Assembly (NCBI GenBank): GCA_046091285.1
Contig: JBJTBH010000218.1
Coordinates: forward strand, 1,176-65,175
DNA from: Cyanobacteriota bacterium
GTDB lineage: Bacteria > Cyanobacteriota > Cyanobacteriia > PCC-6307 > Cyanobiaceae
Direction: 5' to 3'
DNA length: 64,000 nt
Shown one piece after another: positions 47,602-57,416 of this stretch; the first letter of the stretch is position 1, and each line of letters begins with the position of its first letter. The translations under genes and the position numbers were made by a program. A model generated the notes under the pieces. The model was not told where the DNA came from. It searched no databases and worked only from the letters and a program-made list of their open reading frames with translations.

Positions 47602-47628
47602 GGGAACGCCCCAGGCTGGGGCGCTCCC
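47602..47628. terminator. GC-rich hairpin between convergent ribBA and PPIase genes
   Basis: GGGAACGCCCC (47602-47612), loop AGGCT, then GGGGCGCTCCC (47618-47628), with one mismatch. Confidence 0.5.
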
Positions 47629-47650
47629 ATTCCGCCCCGAGGTCTGATCC

Positions 47651-48091
47651 TCAGTCGGTGATAGTCACCTTGTTGATGCGGCTGCCGGTCTTCAGGGCCA
47701 GAACCACGGCGAGATCGTCGGTATGCCCGAAGACCGTATGCACGCCATCGAGGTGGGGCTGGGCTTCATGGCAGAGGAAGAACTGACTGCCACCGGTGTT
47801 CTTGCCAGCATGGGCCATCGAGAGCGTGCCGGCCTTGTGGCGCTGGCTGTTGATCTCACAGTCGATCTTGTAGCCGGGTCCACCGGTGCCCGCCACACCA
47901 CGAGCGCCCTCACGGCTGTTGGGGCAGCCGCCCTGGGCCATGAACCCGGGGATCACCCGATGAAAGGCCAGGCCGTCGTAGAAGCCGTCCTTGGCCAGCT
48001 TGACGAAGTTGGCCACGGTGTTCGGGGCGTCGGCGTCAAACAGCTCCAGATGAATCTGGCCGGCATCGGTATCCATCAGGGCTTGAGTCAT
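47651..48091 (-). CDS. Cyclophilin-type peptidyl-prolyl cis-trans isomerase
   Basis: The ATG at 48091 gives [55 protein letters not shown] (146 aa). The 146-aa upstream extension in the track ORF is R/G/C-rich shadow sequence. Confidence 0.93.
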   Translation of the reverse strand: MTQALMDTDAGQIHLELFDADAPNTVANFVKLAKDGFYDGLAFHRVIPGFMAQGGCPNSREGARGVAGTGGPGYKIDCEINSQRHKAGTLSMAHAGKNTGGSQFFLCHEAQPHLDGVHTVFGHTDDLAVVLALKTGSRINKVTITD

Positions 48092-48168
48092 CGCAGGAAC
48101 AGCAAAGATCGGACTGTATCCGCCTTGCGTTAAAACGGTCACAGCAGCCTTCCGCGTCGATCCAGCCC

Positions 48169-49122
48169 ATGAGCCCCTCCCCTGACGCCAGCGCCGACAA
48201 CAGCGCCGCCAGCAACCGCAGCTCCTCAGCAGACCTGGCGGCGGCGCGCCTGGGCATCCTCGGCGGCAGCGGCCTCTACGCGATGGAAGGCCTGGAAGCG
48301 ATCGAAGAGATCGTGGTCGACACCCCCTATGGCCCTCCCTCCGACAGCCTGCGGCTGGGTCGGATCGGTGACCTGGACGTGGTGTTCCTGGCCCGCCACG
48401 GCCGCCATCACACGCACCTCCCCTCAGATGTGCCCTATCGGGCCAACCTCTGGGCCCTGCGCTCCCTCGGAGTGCGCTGGATTCTGTCGGTCTCGGCCGT
48501 CGGATCCCTGCAGGAAGAGCTGCAGCCACTCGACTTTCTGGTGCCGGATCAGTTCATCGATCGCACCCACCAGCGGCCCCTGACCCTGTTCGGCGATGGG
48601 CTGGTGGCTCACGTCACCGCCGCGGATCCGTTCTGCCCGGTGCTGAGCGATCTCCTGGCCGACACGGGACGTCAACTGATGCCGGAAGGCCGGACACTGC
48701 ATCAGGGCGGAACGTATCTCTGCATGGAAGGCCCGGCCTTCTCGACCCGGGCCGAATCCGAGCTCTATCGCTCCTGGGGCGCCCACGTGATCGGCATGAC
48801 CAATCACACCGAAGCTCGCCTGGCCCGGGAAGCGGAGATCGCCTACGCCACCCTGGCGATGGTCACCGATTACGACTGCTGGCATCAGGAGCATGCCTCC
48901 GTGACCGTGGAGAGGGTGATCGACAACCTGCGCTCCAACGCCTCCCTGGCCCAACGCATCGTCCGGGCCACCGCTGAACGCATCAGCCGCGAACGCCCCG
49001 CCAGCAAGGCCCACAGCGCCCTGCGCCACGCCCTGATGACTCCCAGAGAGCAGGTGAGCCCCGCAAGTCGACGCAAATTCGATCTCTTCACCGCTCCCTA
49101 CTGGGGAGCCTTCGAAGGCTGA
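48169..49122 (+). CDS. mtnP: S-methyl-5'-thioadenosine phosphorylase
   Basis: [45 protein letters not shown] fits the PNP/MTAP family. Confidence 0.9.
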   Translation: MSPSPDASADNSAASNRSSSADLAAARLGILGGSGLYAMEGLEAIEEIVVDTPYGPPSDSLRLGRIGDLDVVFLARHGRHHTHLPSDVPYRANLWALRSLGVRWILSVSAVGSLQEELQPLDFLVPDQFIDRTHQRPLTLFGDGLVAHVTAADPFCPVLSDLLADTGRQLMPEGRTLHQGGTYLCMEGPAFSTRAESELYRSWGAHVIGMTNHTEARLAREAEIAYATLAMVTDYDCWHQEHASVTVERVIDNLRSNASLAQRIVRATAERISRERPASKAHSALRHALMTPREQVSPASRRKFDLFTAPYWGAFEG

Positions 49123-50066
49123 TCCTCCGCAAGCGCTGCCCGCAGCCGGCCCTCGTGGCGATCAAGGGCAGCGCCCGCCGCTTCAGCGGACAGCTGCCTG
49201 ACGGCCATCAGCAGGGCCCGCTTCACCGATCCACCGGCCTGTTGCAGCAGGGCAGCCCCCCGGTCGCGATCCACCGCCGCCAGATCGCGCAGGATGCGCA
49301 GGGCACGGTCCTCGAGCTTGCTGTTGGTGACGGCGACATCCACCATGCGATTGCCATGCACCTTGCCGAGGCGCACCATCACGCCGGTGGAAAGGATGTT
49401 GAGGGCCATCTTCGTGGCCGTGCCGGCCTTCAGACGGGTGGAACCGGTGAGCAGTTCAGGTCCTGTGAGCAGACGGATATCGATGCTGCAGGGCATCGGT
49501 GCCTGCTCGGCCGGCACACAGGCCAGGGCAACGGCCAGCGCCCCCTGCTCCAGCGCCCAGGTCAGGGCGCCCAGAACGTAAGGGGTGGTACCCCCGGCAG
49601 CGATCCCCACCAGGGCATCGCCCGGCCCGAAGCCCCGTTGCCGCAGGTCTTCAATGCCGGCTTCCGCCAGATCCTCCAGGCCTTCGGAACTGCGCAGCAG
49701 GGCTGGCGCCCCCCCGGCGAGCACCCCCTGCACCTGCTCCGGCGGACTGCAGAAGGTCGGCGGACATTCCGCCGCATCGAGCACCCCGAGGCGACCGGAC
49801 GTTCCGGCTCCGAGGTAGAACAGCCGACCTCCGAGCGCCAACCGGCCGGCGATCGCCTCGATCGCCTCCGCCAGTTGCGGGGCGACGGCCGCCACCGCCT
49901 CCTGGGGCCGGCGATCCTCCTGACAGAACACCTGCACCAGCTCCAGAGTGGACAGCTGATCGAGATCCGTGCTCGCCGGATTGCTCTGTTCGGTCAACAG
50001 ATGGCCGCGATCGCTGCCGGCCACAACCCGGGCCGCGGGTTCGGCCGGAGCGTGCCCCTCACTCAC
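49098..50066 (-). CDS. murQ: N-acetylmuramic acid 6-phosphate etherase
   Basis: SIS domain GAGTSGRLGVLDAAECPPTF. The GTG start overlaps the DUF3110 gene stop (GTGA). The 3' end overlaps mtnP by 25 nt. Confidence 0.88.
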   Translation of the reverse strand: MSEGHAPAEPAARVVAGSDRGHLLTEQSNPASTDLDQLSTLELVQVFCQEDRRPQEAVAAVAPQLAEAIEAIAGRLALGGRLFYLGAGTSGRLGVLDAAECPPTFCSPPEQVQGVLAGGAPALLRSSEGLEDLAEAGIEDLRQRGFGPGDALVGIAAGGTTPYVLGALTWALEQGALAVALACVPAEQAPMPCSIDIRLLTGPELLTGSTRLKAGTATKMALNILSTGVMVRLGKVHGNRMVDVAVTNSKLEDRALRILRDLAAVDRDRGAALLQQAGGSVKRALLMAVRQLSAEAAGAALDRHEGRLRAALAEDQPSKAPQ

Positions 50067-50524
50067 AGCAGACCCTCAAGCTGGCGCCGGAAAGCCTCCA
50101 GAGCCGGATCGGAGGAGGTGATCGGCTCCGCAGCCCGCGGCTGACGTTCCTCGGCCTCAGTCCCTTCCGACCCCTGCGGCCCCTGGCCACGCACCCCGGC
50201 CTCCGCCTGGTCCTTCCAATCGGAAACGTCGAGATTCTGCTCCGGTGGCGCGATCATCAGGCGATCTTCCGCCGACTGAGGCAGAAAACCGGCAGGAACG
50301 AACCGGGCCTCATAGCCGGCCTGGCTGCAGAAACGCTCCATCTCCTCCCGATCGATGGCATCGACCGTCGGGATCGGGAAATCCTGGGCCTCCAGCAGAC
50401 CGGCATAACGCTCGGCATCATCGCGATCTTCAAACAGCAGCACGACCGTGCGACCGCTGACCTCGAGCGAATGGATGCCTTCGCTGTCGCTGCCGGCATC
50501 AAACAGCAGGACGTGGACCGGCAT
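50063..50524 (-). CDS. DUF3110 family protein
   Basis: MPVHVLLFDAGSDSEGIHSLEVSGRTVVLLFEDRDDAERYAGLLEAQDFPIPTVDAIDREEMERFC matches my memory of DUF3110. Confidence 0.8.
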   Translation of the reverse strand: MPVHVLLFDAGSDSEGIHSLEVSGRTVVLLFEDRDDAERYAGLLEAQDFPIPTVDAIDREEMERFCSQAGYEARFVPAGFLPQSAEDRLMIAPPEQNLDVSDWKDQAEAGVRGQGPQGSEGTEAEERQPRAAEPITSSDPALEAFRRQLEGLL

Positions 50525-50668
50525 GGCAGGGGAAAGGGAGTCTGTTCAGTGTCCCATCGATGCCCGACCTGCCTCGCAAAGAGGGCGACGGTGTTGCGGA
50601 TCGTCGCCATGGCCCGGGCTGCAGAGTCGGTCGGCAGGACGACGCTCAGCGAGGCGCAGTCCCCTGGA

Positions 50669-51604
50669 TCACCTCTGTTGGTCCGCTTCGCGAGCCAGCT
50701 GCTGCAGCCGCCTGAACAACGCTTCCTCGGCTTCACTCAGAGGATCGGGAATGACAAGACGGAGCTCGACGAACTGATCGCCTCGCTGATGACCGCTTTC
50801 CAGGCCCCGGCCCCGAAGCCGCAGCAGGCGACCGCTGGAGGAACCGGCAGGAACCTGCAACCGGACGGCTCCGGCCAGGGTGGGGACCACGGCAGCGCAG
50901 CCGAGGGCCGCATCAGCAGGATGCAGATCGAGCTGAAACAGCACCCGCAGACCATCGATGCGCAGACCCTCCGCTGTGCGCACCCGCAGATGCAGGAAGT
51001 GATCACCACCGGTGGGGGTGACGCCGGCCAGCCGCAGACGCCAGCCATCCCCGGCCATCGGTGGGGTGGTGACCTCAACGGTGGTGCCATCCGGCAGGGT
51101 GAGCTCGATCCGTTCGCCATGCAACGCCTGATCAGGCGTCAGATCGACGATGGTTTCCAGATCCTCTGAGGCCTGGACCGGCGGCGGTGGCGCAGGCTGG
51201 GGCGGCGTGACACGACCGGCCGGTTCCGGTTCGGGTTCCGGTTCGGGTTCCGGCCACGATGAGCCCGGACGCGACCGGCTCTGGCGGCGACCGAACAGCT
51301 CATCGAGATACTCGTCAAACTCTGGAAATCCGACAGCGAAAGGATCGGCATCCCCGGAATCAGGATCCTGATGTCCCGTCTCCCAGGCCTGTCGCCGCCG
51401 AGGATCGGAAAGAACGGCATAGGCCTCGTTGATCCGCTTGAAGCGTTCTTCCGCGACCGGATCATTGGCATTGAGATCGGGATGCCATCGGCGCGCCTGG
51501 GCGCGAAAGGCACGCTTGAGGGTGTCGGCATCGGCCCCTGGCTCGAGACCGAGCTCCCGCCAGTGATCAACGTCAGCCCCGAGGGGTGCAGCACGACGAG
51601 CCAC
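50669..51604 (-). CDS. dnaJ: DnaJ-class co-chaperone (J domain + DnaJ C-terminal domain, no zinc finger)
   Basis: The J domain reads HWRELGLEPGADADTLKRAFRAQARRWHPDLN..FKRINEAYAVLSD. It is followed by a (PE)n linker (PEPEPEPEPEP) and a beta-rich C-terminal domain. The gene lies immediately downstream of dnaK. Confidence 0.9.
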   Translation of the reverse strand: MARRAAPLGADVDHWRELGLEPGADADTLKRAFRAQARRWHPDLNANDPVAEERFKRINEAYAVLSDPRRRQAWETGHQDPDSGDADPFAVGFPEFDEYLDELFGRRQSRSRPGSSWPEPEPEPEPEPAGRVTPPQPAPPPPVQASEDLETIVDLTPDQALHGERIELTLPDGTTVEVTTPPMAGDGWRLRLAGVTPTGGDHFLHLRVRTAEGLRIDGLRVLFQLDLHPADAALGCAAVVPTLAGAVRLQVPAGSSSGRLLRLRGRGLESGHQRGDQFVELRLVIPDPLSEAEEALFRRLQQLAREADQQR

Positions 51605-51606
51605 CG

Positions 51607-54036
51607 TCAGTTCTCAGCCCAGGGGTCATCATCGAGCGGCACGGGCCGCGGGCGACGATCGCGCGGATCAGGGTCCGGGGAACGACCCCAGTCTTCCTCG
51701 GGAGGTGCTGGACGCCGCGCTCCCTCGACCCGTGTCTCATCCCGCTGAGGACCCTCGCGCCGGATCCTCTCGTTGCGTCCCTGCTCCCAACCGGAATCAG
51801 CGCGATCGTCCTGAAAACGACGACCCTGGGAATCACCCGAGCGCTCAGAACGACCAGTGAAGGCCGCCGGACGATCCGCCACAGCATCGCGGTCAGGATC
51901 AGGGCCGACCGCTCGCGGTTGCCAGCGGGGGGAATCGCCTGCATCGCGGGCCTGCCAACGGGAGGAGCCAGCCTCCTCCCGCTCGCCTGACCACCCGCCA
52001 CCGCGGGAACCGAAGCGATCCGCATCCGGCCGATCCCAGGAGGATGCCCCCAGACGACTGGCATCCCGCCACGGCTCCGAGGCCCAGGGATCACGGGAGG
52101 GCTGGGAGCGATAACGATCCCGGTCCCAGTCATCATCAAAATCGTCGGAGAACAGCTCGTCCTTGAGCGAACCCAGGGTGTTCTTCAGCCCCTGGAGGGG
52201 ATTGCTCTCCACCTTGCGCTCACTGGCCAACCGGCGATTGAGGCCATAAACAGCCTCCTGGAGTTGACTGACTGCCACATCGAGCTCCAGCAGATCCTCG
52301 GCGGCGAGCAGGTCCTGAACCTCTCGCACGGCCATCTCCACCGAACGCTGCTGCCGTTCCGCCCCATAGGGGCCGAGCTCGAGGGCCGCATCTCGAAGGC
52401 GACGCTCCGCCTGGGCGATCAGGGTCTGGGCACGGTTGCGACGGTCGAGCTCGCTGCGGCGTCGGCGATCCTCTGCCGCCTTCTGTTCGGCTTCAGCAAG
52501 CAGGCGCTGAATCTCCTCCTCACTGAGATTCGAGCCCCCCTGGATGCTGACGCTCTGCTGACGACCGGTGGTGCGGTCGGTGGCCGACACCTGCAGCAAT
52601 CCATTGGCGTCGATATCGAAGGAGACCTGAACCTGGGGGACACCACGAGGGGCGGGCGGGATGCCGGACAACCGGAAGCGACCGAGGGACTTGTTGTCCT
52701 CCGCCATCTGCCGCTCACCCTGGAGCACATGGATCTCCACCGAGGACTGATTCGCCTCCGAGGTGCTGAAGACATCGGAGCGACGAACCGGGATCGCCGT
52801 GTTGCGAGGAAGCAGCACCTTCATCGCCCCGCCGATCGTCTCCAGGCCGAGAGAGAGAGGCGTGACGTCGTTGAGCATCAGATCCCGGAGCTCGCCGGTG
52901 AGGATCCCCGCCTGAACAGCGGCACCGATGGCCACCACCTCATCCGGATTGACCGACTGACAGGGATCGATCGGGATCAGGGTGCGCACCATGTTCTGGA
53001 CCATGGGCATGCGGCTGGCACCACCCACCAGCACCAGATCGTCGATGTCCTCAGCCGCGACACCGGCATCGCGAAGGGCGCGCTGCACGGGCCGGAGCAG
53101 ACGATCGAGCAGATCGGGGCACAACGACTCGAAGGTGCGCCGCTCCAGGGTGGTTTCAATGTGGAGAGGGCCCTCGGGGCCGGTGGCGATGAATGGAAGG
53201 GAAATCGGGGTGCTCTGCACGCCGCTCAGTTCCTGCTTGGCTTTTTCCGCCGCTTCGTTCAGACGCTGCAGGGCCTGGCGATCGCGGCGCAGATCAAGAC
53301 CATGGCTGGCCTGAAAGGCCTCCGCCAGCCAGTCGACGATGCGGCGATCCCAGTCGTTGCCACCGAGCTGCGTGTCCCCGCTGGTCGCCTTGACATCGAA
53401 GACACCATTGGCAATCCGCAACAGGGAGACATCAAAGGTGCCTCCTCCGAGATCGAAGACCAGCACCCGTTTGACGGCGCTGCGATCAAAGCCGTAGGCC
53501 AGGGCCGCGGCGGTGGGTTCGTTGAGGATCCGTTCTACGCTGATGCCGGCCAACCGGCCGGCATCGCGGGTGGCCTGGCGCTGGGCGTCATTGAAGTAGG
53601 CCGGGACGGTGATCACCGCGGCCTCCACCGGCTCCCCCAGGTAAGTGGTGGCATCGTCGACGAGTTTGCGGATGATGCTGGCCACCAGCTCCTCCGGGGC
53701 GTACTCCCTTTCGGTGGCCGGACAGACCACCCGCACCATGCCCTGATCGTTCGCCCGGATCGTGAACGGCACGGAAAGGCTGGACTCCTCCAGCTCCTCC
53801 CAGCGTCGCCCGACAAAGCGCTTGAGATTGGCGAAGGTGTTCCGGGGATTCAGCACAAGCTGGCGCCGGGCCAGCTGTCCGACCAGAAGCTCCTGGTCGC
53901 GGTTGAACCCCATCACTGACGGTGTGGTGCGGCCACCCTCGGCGCTGACGATCACCTGGGGGCGGCCACCCTCGAGCACCGCCACGACCGAATTGGTCGT
54001 CCCAAGGTCGATCCCGACAATCCGCCCCATGACCAT
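51607..54036 (-). CDS. dnaK: Hsp70 chaperone DnaK paralog with long W/R/D-rich C-terminal tail
   Basis: Contains [13 protein letters not shown] and [10 protein letters not shown]. ATGs at 54036 (MVMGRIV) and 54030 (MGRIV) are both possible. At 809 aa it is ~190 aa longer than a canonical DnaK. Confidence 0.95.
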   Translation of the reverse strand: MVMGRIVGIDLGTTNSVVAVLEGGRPQVIVSAEGGRTTPSVMGFNRDQELLVGQLARRQLVLNPRNTFANLKRFVGRRWEELEESSLSVPFTIRANDQGMVRVVCPATEREYAPEELVASIIRKLVDDATTYLGEPVEAAVITVPAYFNDAQRQATRDAGRLAGISVERILNEPTAAALAYGFDRSAVKRVLVFDLGGGTFDVSLLRIANGVFDVKATSGDTQLGGNDWDRRIVDWLAEAFQASHGLDLRRDRQALQRLNEAAEKAKQELSGVQSTPISLPFIATGPEGPLHIETTLERRTFESLCPDLLDRLLRPVQRALRDAGVAAEDIDDLVLVGGASRMPMVQNMVRTLIPIDPCQSVNPDEVVAIGAAVQAGILTGELRDLMLNDVTPLSLGLETIGGAMKVLLPRNTAIPVRRSDVFSTSEANQSSVEIHVLQGERQMAEDNKSLGRFRLSGIPPAPRGVPQVQVSFDIDANGLLQVSATDRTTGRQQSVSIQGGSNLSEEEIQRLLAEAEQKAAEDRRRRSELDRRNRAQTLIAQAERRLRDAALELGPYGAERQQRSVEMAVREVQDLLAAEDLLELDVAVSQLQEAVYGLNRRLASERKVESNPLQGLKNTLGSLKDELFSDDFDDDWDRDRYRSQPSRDPWASEPWRDASRLGASSWDRPDADRFGSRGGGWSGEREEAGSSRWQARDAGDSPRWQPRAVGPDPDRDAVADRPAAFTGRSERSGDSQGRRFQDDRADSGWEQGRNERIRREGPQRDETRVEGARRPAPPEEDWGRSPDPDPRDRRPRPVPLDDDPWAEN

Positions 54037-54143
54037 GACGATGGAATCCCCAAGCTAACGGTCCCCATCGATCGCTCAAGTCCCGGAGGGCAGTCGCTGA
54101 CGTCCAGCCGGTGATCAGGGAATCGGATCCACCGCCGGCAGCC

Positions 54144-54169
54144 AAAAAAAAGCCGGCCTGGAGGCCGGC
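54144..54169 (-). terminator. Rho-independent terminator downstream of tRNA-Ser
   Basis: On the minus strand: GCCGGCC, loop TCCA, GGCCGGC, then TTTTTTTT (forward A-run 54144-54151). Confidence 0.85.
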
Positions 54170-54176
54170 AGGGAAG

Positions 54177-54263
54177 CGGAGAGGGAGGGATTCGAACCCT
54201 CGATAGAGTTGCCCCTATACAGCATTTCCAGTGCTGCGCCTTCGACCACTCGGCCACCTCTCC
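54177..54263 (-). tRNA. tRNA-Ser (anticodon GGA)
   Basis: The minus strand reads GGAGAGGTGGCCGAGTGGTCGAAGGCGCAGCACTGGAAATGCTGTATAGGGGCAACTCTATCGAGGGTTCGAATCCCTCCCTCTCCG. It has a 7-bp acceptor stem, anticodon loop CTGGAAA, a long variable arm, T-arm GAGGG-TTCGAAT-CCCTC and discriminator G. CCA is not encoded. Confidence 0.95.
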
Positions 54264-54364
54264 AGCGGCTGATTGGGGCAAGCCAAGAATTTAGCAGGCA
54301 GCCCGCTGCCTCCCGATCAGGACTCTCTGGTAACCCAGAATCCCGGACTGATCCGGCCGCCGCC

Positions 54365-54733
54365 ATGCCCCGTCAATTTCCGATCACGGTTCACTGGCGT
54401 CAGCAGAACCGCACGATCGAACATCTGGTGCCTGAAGGCGAGTACATCCTGCGCAGCTTCGAGGCCCAGGGAGACCCGCTGCCCTTCAGTTGCCGCAACG
54501 GTTGCTGCACCGCCTGCGCCGTCAGGGTGCTGAACGGCACCATCGACCAGCGCGAGGCCCTGGGCCTCTCCCGCGAGCTGCGCCGCGAGGGCTACGGACT
54601 GCTCTGTGTCGCCCGGGCCACCGGACCACTGGAGGTGGAGACCCAGGACGAGGACGAGGTCTACGACCGTCAGTTCGGACGCCACTTCGGACGCGGCAGG
54701 GTCAGACCCGGACTGCCCCTCGATGACGAATGA
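54365..54733 (+). CDS. Plant-type [2Fe-2S] ferredoxin-like protein
   Basis: The ATG at 54365 gives the Cys pattern CRNGCCTACAV..LLCV, 122 aa, with a basic C-terminal tail. Confidence 0.85.
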   Translation: MPRQFPITVHWRQQNRTIEHLVPEGEYILRSFEAQGDPLPFSCRNGCCTACAVRVLNGTIDQREALGLSRELRREGYGLLCVARATGPLEVETQDEDEVYDRQFGRHFGRGRVRPGLPLDDE

Positions 54734-54838
54734 CGCGCCACCTCCGGCGATCATCAACCACGAGCGTGGAGGGATCGCAACCGATCGTCTCGCCTGTGGT
54801 CCTTCAGCTCCCGTCCTTTCCATCCCGCGTGATCGGCC

Positions 54839-55759
54839 ATGAGTGAACAGACCGGGATCCGCTGCGAACCCACCGGGGGCGCCAGTGATCGCGCCGCCGA
54901 GGCCTGTGGCCTCAGCGGCGCGGAGATCCGGGCCCTGGCGGCCGTGGCCCGCGCCGCTGCCGAAGCGGGGGGACGCGAGCTTGAGGCGCGTTTCGGACAG
55001 GTGAATCAGATCAGGGAAAAGGGTCGCGCCGGCGATCTAGTCACCGAAGCCGACCTGGCGGCTGAAGCGGCGGTCCTGGCCGTGCTCGAACGGGACACCC
55101 CATCGTTGGGGGTGCTGGCGGAGGAAAGCGGTCGACGGGAACGCCCCAGTCCCCTGCAGTGGTGCGTGGATCCCCTGGATGGAACCACCAATTACGCCCA
55201 CAGCTATCCCTTCTTCGGCACCTCGGTCGGCTTGACCTGGAAGGGCCAGCCCCTGCTCGGAGCCCTGGCGGTGCCAGCCCTGAACGAGCTCTACTGGGCC
55301 GCCCCCGGAGAGGGGAGCTGGTGCAACGAACGTCGTCTTCAGGTGAGCACCTGCCGGGAGCTGAGCCAGTCGCTGCTGGTGACGGGATTCGCCTACGACC
55401 GCCACACCAGGCTGGACAACAACTACGCCGAATTCGCCTGGTTCACCCATCGCACCCGTGGCGTGCGGCGGGGCGGGGCGGCAGCGGTGGATCTTGCCTT
55501 TGTGGCCGCCGGTCGTCTCGATGGCTACTGGGAGCGTGGCCTCTCCCCCTGGGACCTCTGTGCCGGTGTCGTGCTGGTGGAACAGGCGGGAGGGCTGGTC
55601 AGCGCTTACGACGGCGGGCCGTTCCGCCTGGAGGACGGACGGTTGATCGCCTGCGCGCCCGGTCTGCAGCAGGCGTTGATCTCAGGTCTGCAGGCCTGCC
55701 GACCGCTCAGCGGGGCCAGCTTCGGAGCACCGGAACTGGACACCCGGGAGCCGCTCTGA
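54839..55759 (+). CDS. Inositol monophosphatase family protein
   Basis: Contains DLVTEADLAAE and WCVDPLDGTTNYAH, the IMPase/SuhB family motifs. Confidence 0.9.
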   Translation: MSEQTGIRCEPTGGASDRAAEACGLSGAEIRALAAVARAAAEAGGRELEARFGQVNQIREKGRAGDLVTEADLAAEAAVLAVLERDTPSLGVLAEESGRRERPSPLQWCVDPLDGTTNYAHSYPFFGTSVGLTWKGQPLLGALAVPALNELYWAAPGEGSWCNERRLQVSTCRELSQSLLVTGFAYDRHTRLDNNYAEFAWFTHRTRGVRRGGAAAVDLAFVAAGRLDGYWERGLSPWDLCAGVVLVEQAGGLVSAYDGGPFRLEDGRLIACAPGLQQALISGLQACRPLSGASFGAPELDTREPL

Positions 55760-55819
55760 TCAGGCGGGCCGACATCACTCCATAGGATCAGCCCGTCTCT
55801 CTGCCGCCCGACGATCGCG

Positions 55820-57004
55820 ATGGCCCTGCAACCCGCCGCTGGCACGCGTGATCTGAATCCAGGCGAAGTCGACAGCAACCGGCGCCTCAGTGAACGCCTG
55901 GCCAGGGTCTATCGCCTGTGGGGCTACGAAGAGGTGGCGCCGCCGACCGTGGAACGGCTGGACACGCTGGCTGCCGGCGGTGGCATCGACGCCGCCGAAC
56001 TGGTGCAGCTGGCCAGCCACGAACCGCTGGCCCTGCGACCGGAGATGACGGCCTCGATCGCCAGGGCGGCCTGCACCCGGATGGCCCATCGACCGCGGCC
56101 GCTGCGGCTGTGGAGCTCGGGACTGGTGTTCACCTGCAGGCGTTCCGACAACGGCGGCCAGCGGATCCAGGAACGGCTGCAGAGCGGTGTTGAACTGCTG
56201 GGGCTGGCCGGTGCGGCGGCGGATGCCGAACTGATGCGCCTGCTGCTGGCGGCCAGCGCCGATCTCGGCCTCGAGCCATCCGTGCATCAGCCGACGTTGC
56301 TGGTCGGTCATCACGGGCTGCTGGCCGCCCTGCTGGAGGGGATGCCACAGCCGCTGCAACGCCTCTGCCGCCAGGCCCTCACCGATCTCGACCCGCTGGC
56401 GCTCTCGGCCCTGCCGCTGACGCCCGAACGTTCAGCCCTGCTGCAGCGATGGATCCGCCTGCGCGGCGAACCGGACGCCGTGCTCGGGGAGCTGCGGGCC
56501 CACCTGGGCGACCACCACCTGCTCTCGGAGCTGAGCACCACCCTGGCCGGGGTCGCGGACGCTGCCCGCAGCCGCGGAGTGCGGCTTCAGCTCGATCCAA
56601 CCTTCCAGCCCCATTTCGCGCTCTACGACGGCCTGGTGCTCAAGCTGGTCTGCCAGGGGCTCCATGCACCGGTCGAGATCGCCAGCGGCGGGCGCTACGA
56701 CGCCCTCGTCGGCCGGTTCAGCCTCAACAGCCCCGGAGCTGACACCACCGCCGCCGGGGTGGGCTTCAGTGTTGACCTCGATGCCCTGCGGGAGCTGCTG
56801 GCGGGGAACCGATCCGAACAGCGGCGCCCCACCCTGGTGGCCTTCGGCACGACCACGGACGTGCATCGGGCCCTCGATCAACTGGAAGCCCTGCATCGCG
56901 CAGGGCGGCCGGCCGAATTGCTGAGTGAACCGATGGCCGATCGCGCCGATGCCGACCGGCTGGCCCGGGAACGGGGCCACGACGGCGTGGTCTGGGTCGG
57001 CTGA
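55820..57004 (+). CDS. hisZ: ATP phosphoribosyltransferase regulatory subunit
   Basis: It is HisS-like without an anticodon-binding domain and has the N-terminus MALQPAAGTRDLNPGEV. 394 aa. Confidence 0.85.
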   Translation: MALQPAAGTRDLNPGEVDSNRRLSERLARVYRLWGYEEVAPPTVERLDTLAAGGGIDAAELVQLASHEPLALRPEMTASIARAACTRMAHRPRPLRLWSSGLVFTCRRSDNGGQRIQERLQSGVELLGLAGAAADAELMRLLLAASADLGLEPSVHQPTLLVGHHGLLAALLEGMPQPLQRLCRQALTDLDPLALSALPLTPERSALLQRWIRLRGEPDAVLGELRAHLGDHHLLSELSTTLAGVADAARSRGVRLQLDPTFQPHFALYDGLVLKLVCQGLHAPVEIASGGRYDALVGRFSLNSPGADTTAAGVGFSVDLDALRELLAGNRSEQRRPTLVAFGTTTDVHRALDQLEALHRAGRPAELLSEPMADRADADRLARERGHDGVVWVG

Positions 57005-57036
57005 TCCCTAGGATCCGCGCAGCTGGTTCTGAGCCG

Positions 57037-57261
57037 ATGGCCCACACAATCGTCACCGACATCTGTGAAGGGGTGGCCGATTGTGTCGATGCCTGCCCTG
57101 TGGCCTGCATCCACCCCGGCCAGGGAGCCAATGCGAAGGGGACAGCGTTCTTCTGGATCGATTTCGACACCTGCATCGACTGTGGCATCTGCCTGCAGGT
57201 CTGCCCTGTGCAGGGAGCGATCCTCCCGGAAGAAAAACCCGATCTCCAGCGGGCGGCCTGA
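57037..57261 (+). CDS. Small 2x[4Fe-4S]-type ferredoxin
   Basis: Two Cys clusters: CEGVADCVDACP and CIDCGICLQVCP. 74 aa. Confidence 0.88.
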   Translation: MAHTIVTDICEGVADCVDACPVACIHPGQGANAKGTAFFWIDFDTCIDCGICLQVCPVQGAILPEEKPDLQRAA

Positions 57262-57416
57262 AGCGATCCAGTCGGTGATCAGCGGCCATCAGCCCGGAAA
57301 CGGGATCCCTGCTGCATCAGGCCGGTTGTCGCGTTGCCGCCAGGGGGCGACCGACGTCTGCGGCTGAGGGGTCCGGGTCGGTTTCCTGCCCATCGCCTCC
57401 CCTTGGCGACGGAGCC

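Noticed and set aside
49499-51169. 556-aa plus-strand ORF spanning the antisense of murQ, the DUF3110 gene and dnaJ
   Set aside because: It is extremely P/R/G/A-rich and crosses three well-supported minus-strand genes, as expected for stop-codon-poor antisense frames in a genome above 60% G+C.
52264-53919. 551-aa plus-strand ORF antisense to dnaK
   Set aside because: This is the classic shadow ORF opposite hsp70 genes, sometimes mis-annotated as an NAD-specific glutamate dehydrogenase. It lies entirely within an unambiguous DnaK gene, its composition is R/G/A/L/H-rich, and nothing independent supports it.
54037-54143. CIRCE/HrcA operator (TTAGCACTC-N9-GAGTGCTAA) upstream of dnaK, and likewise upstream of htpG (57262-57416)
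   Set aside because: No match or near-match to the inverted repeat is visible in either upstream region.
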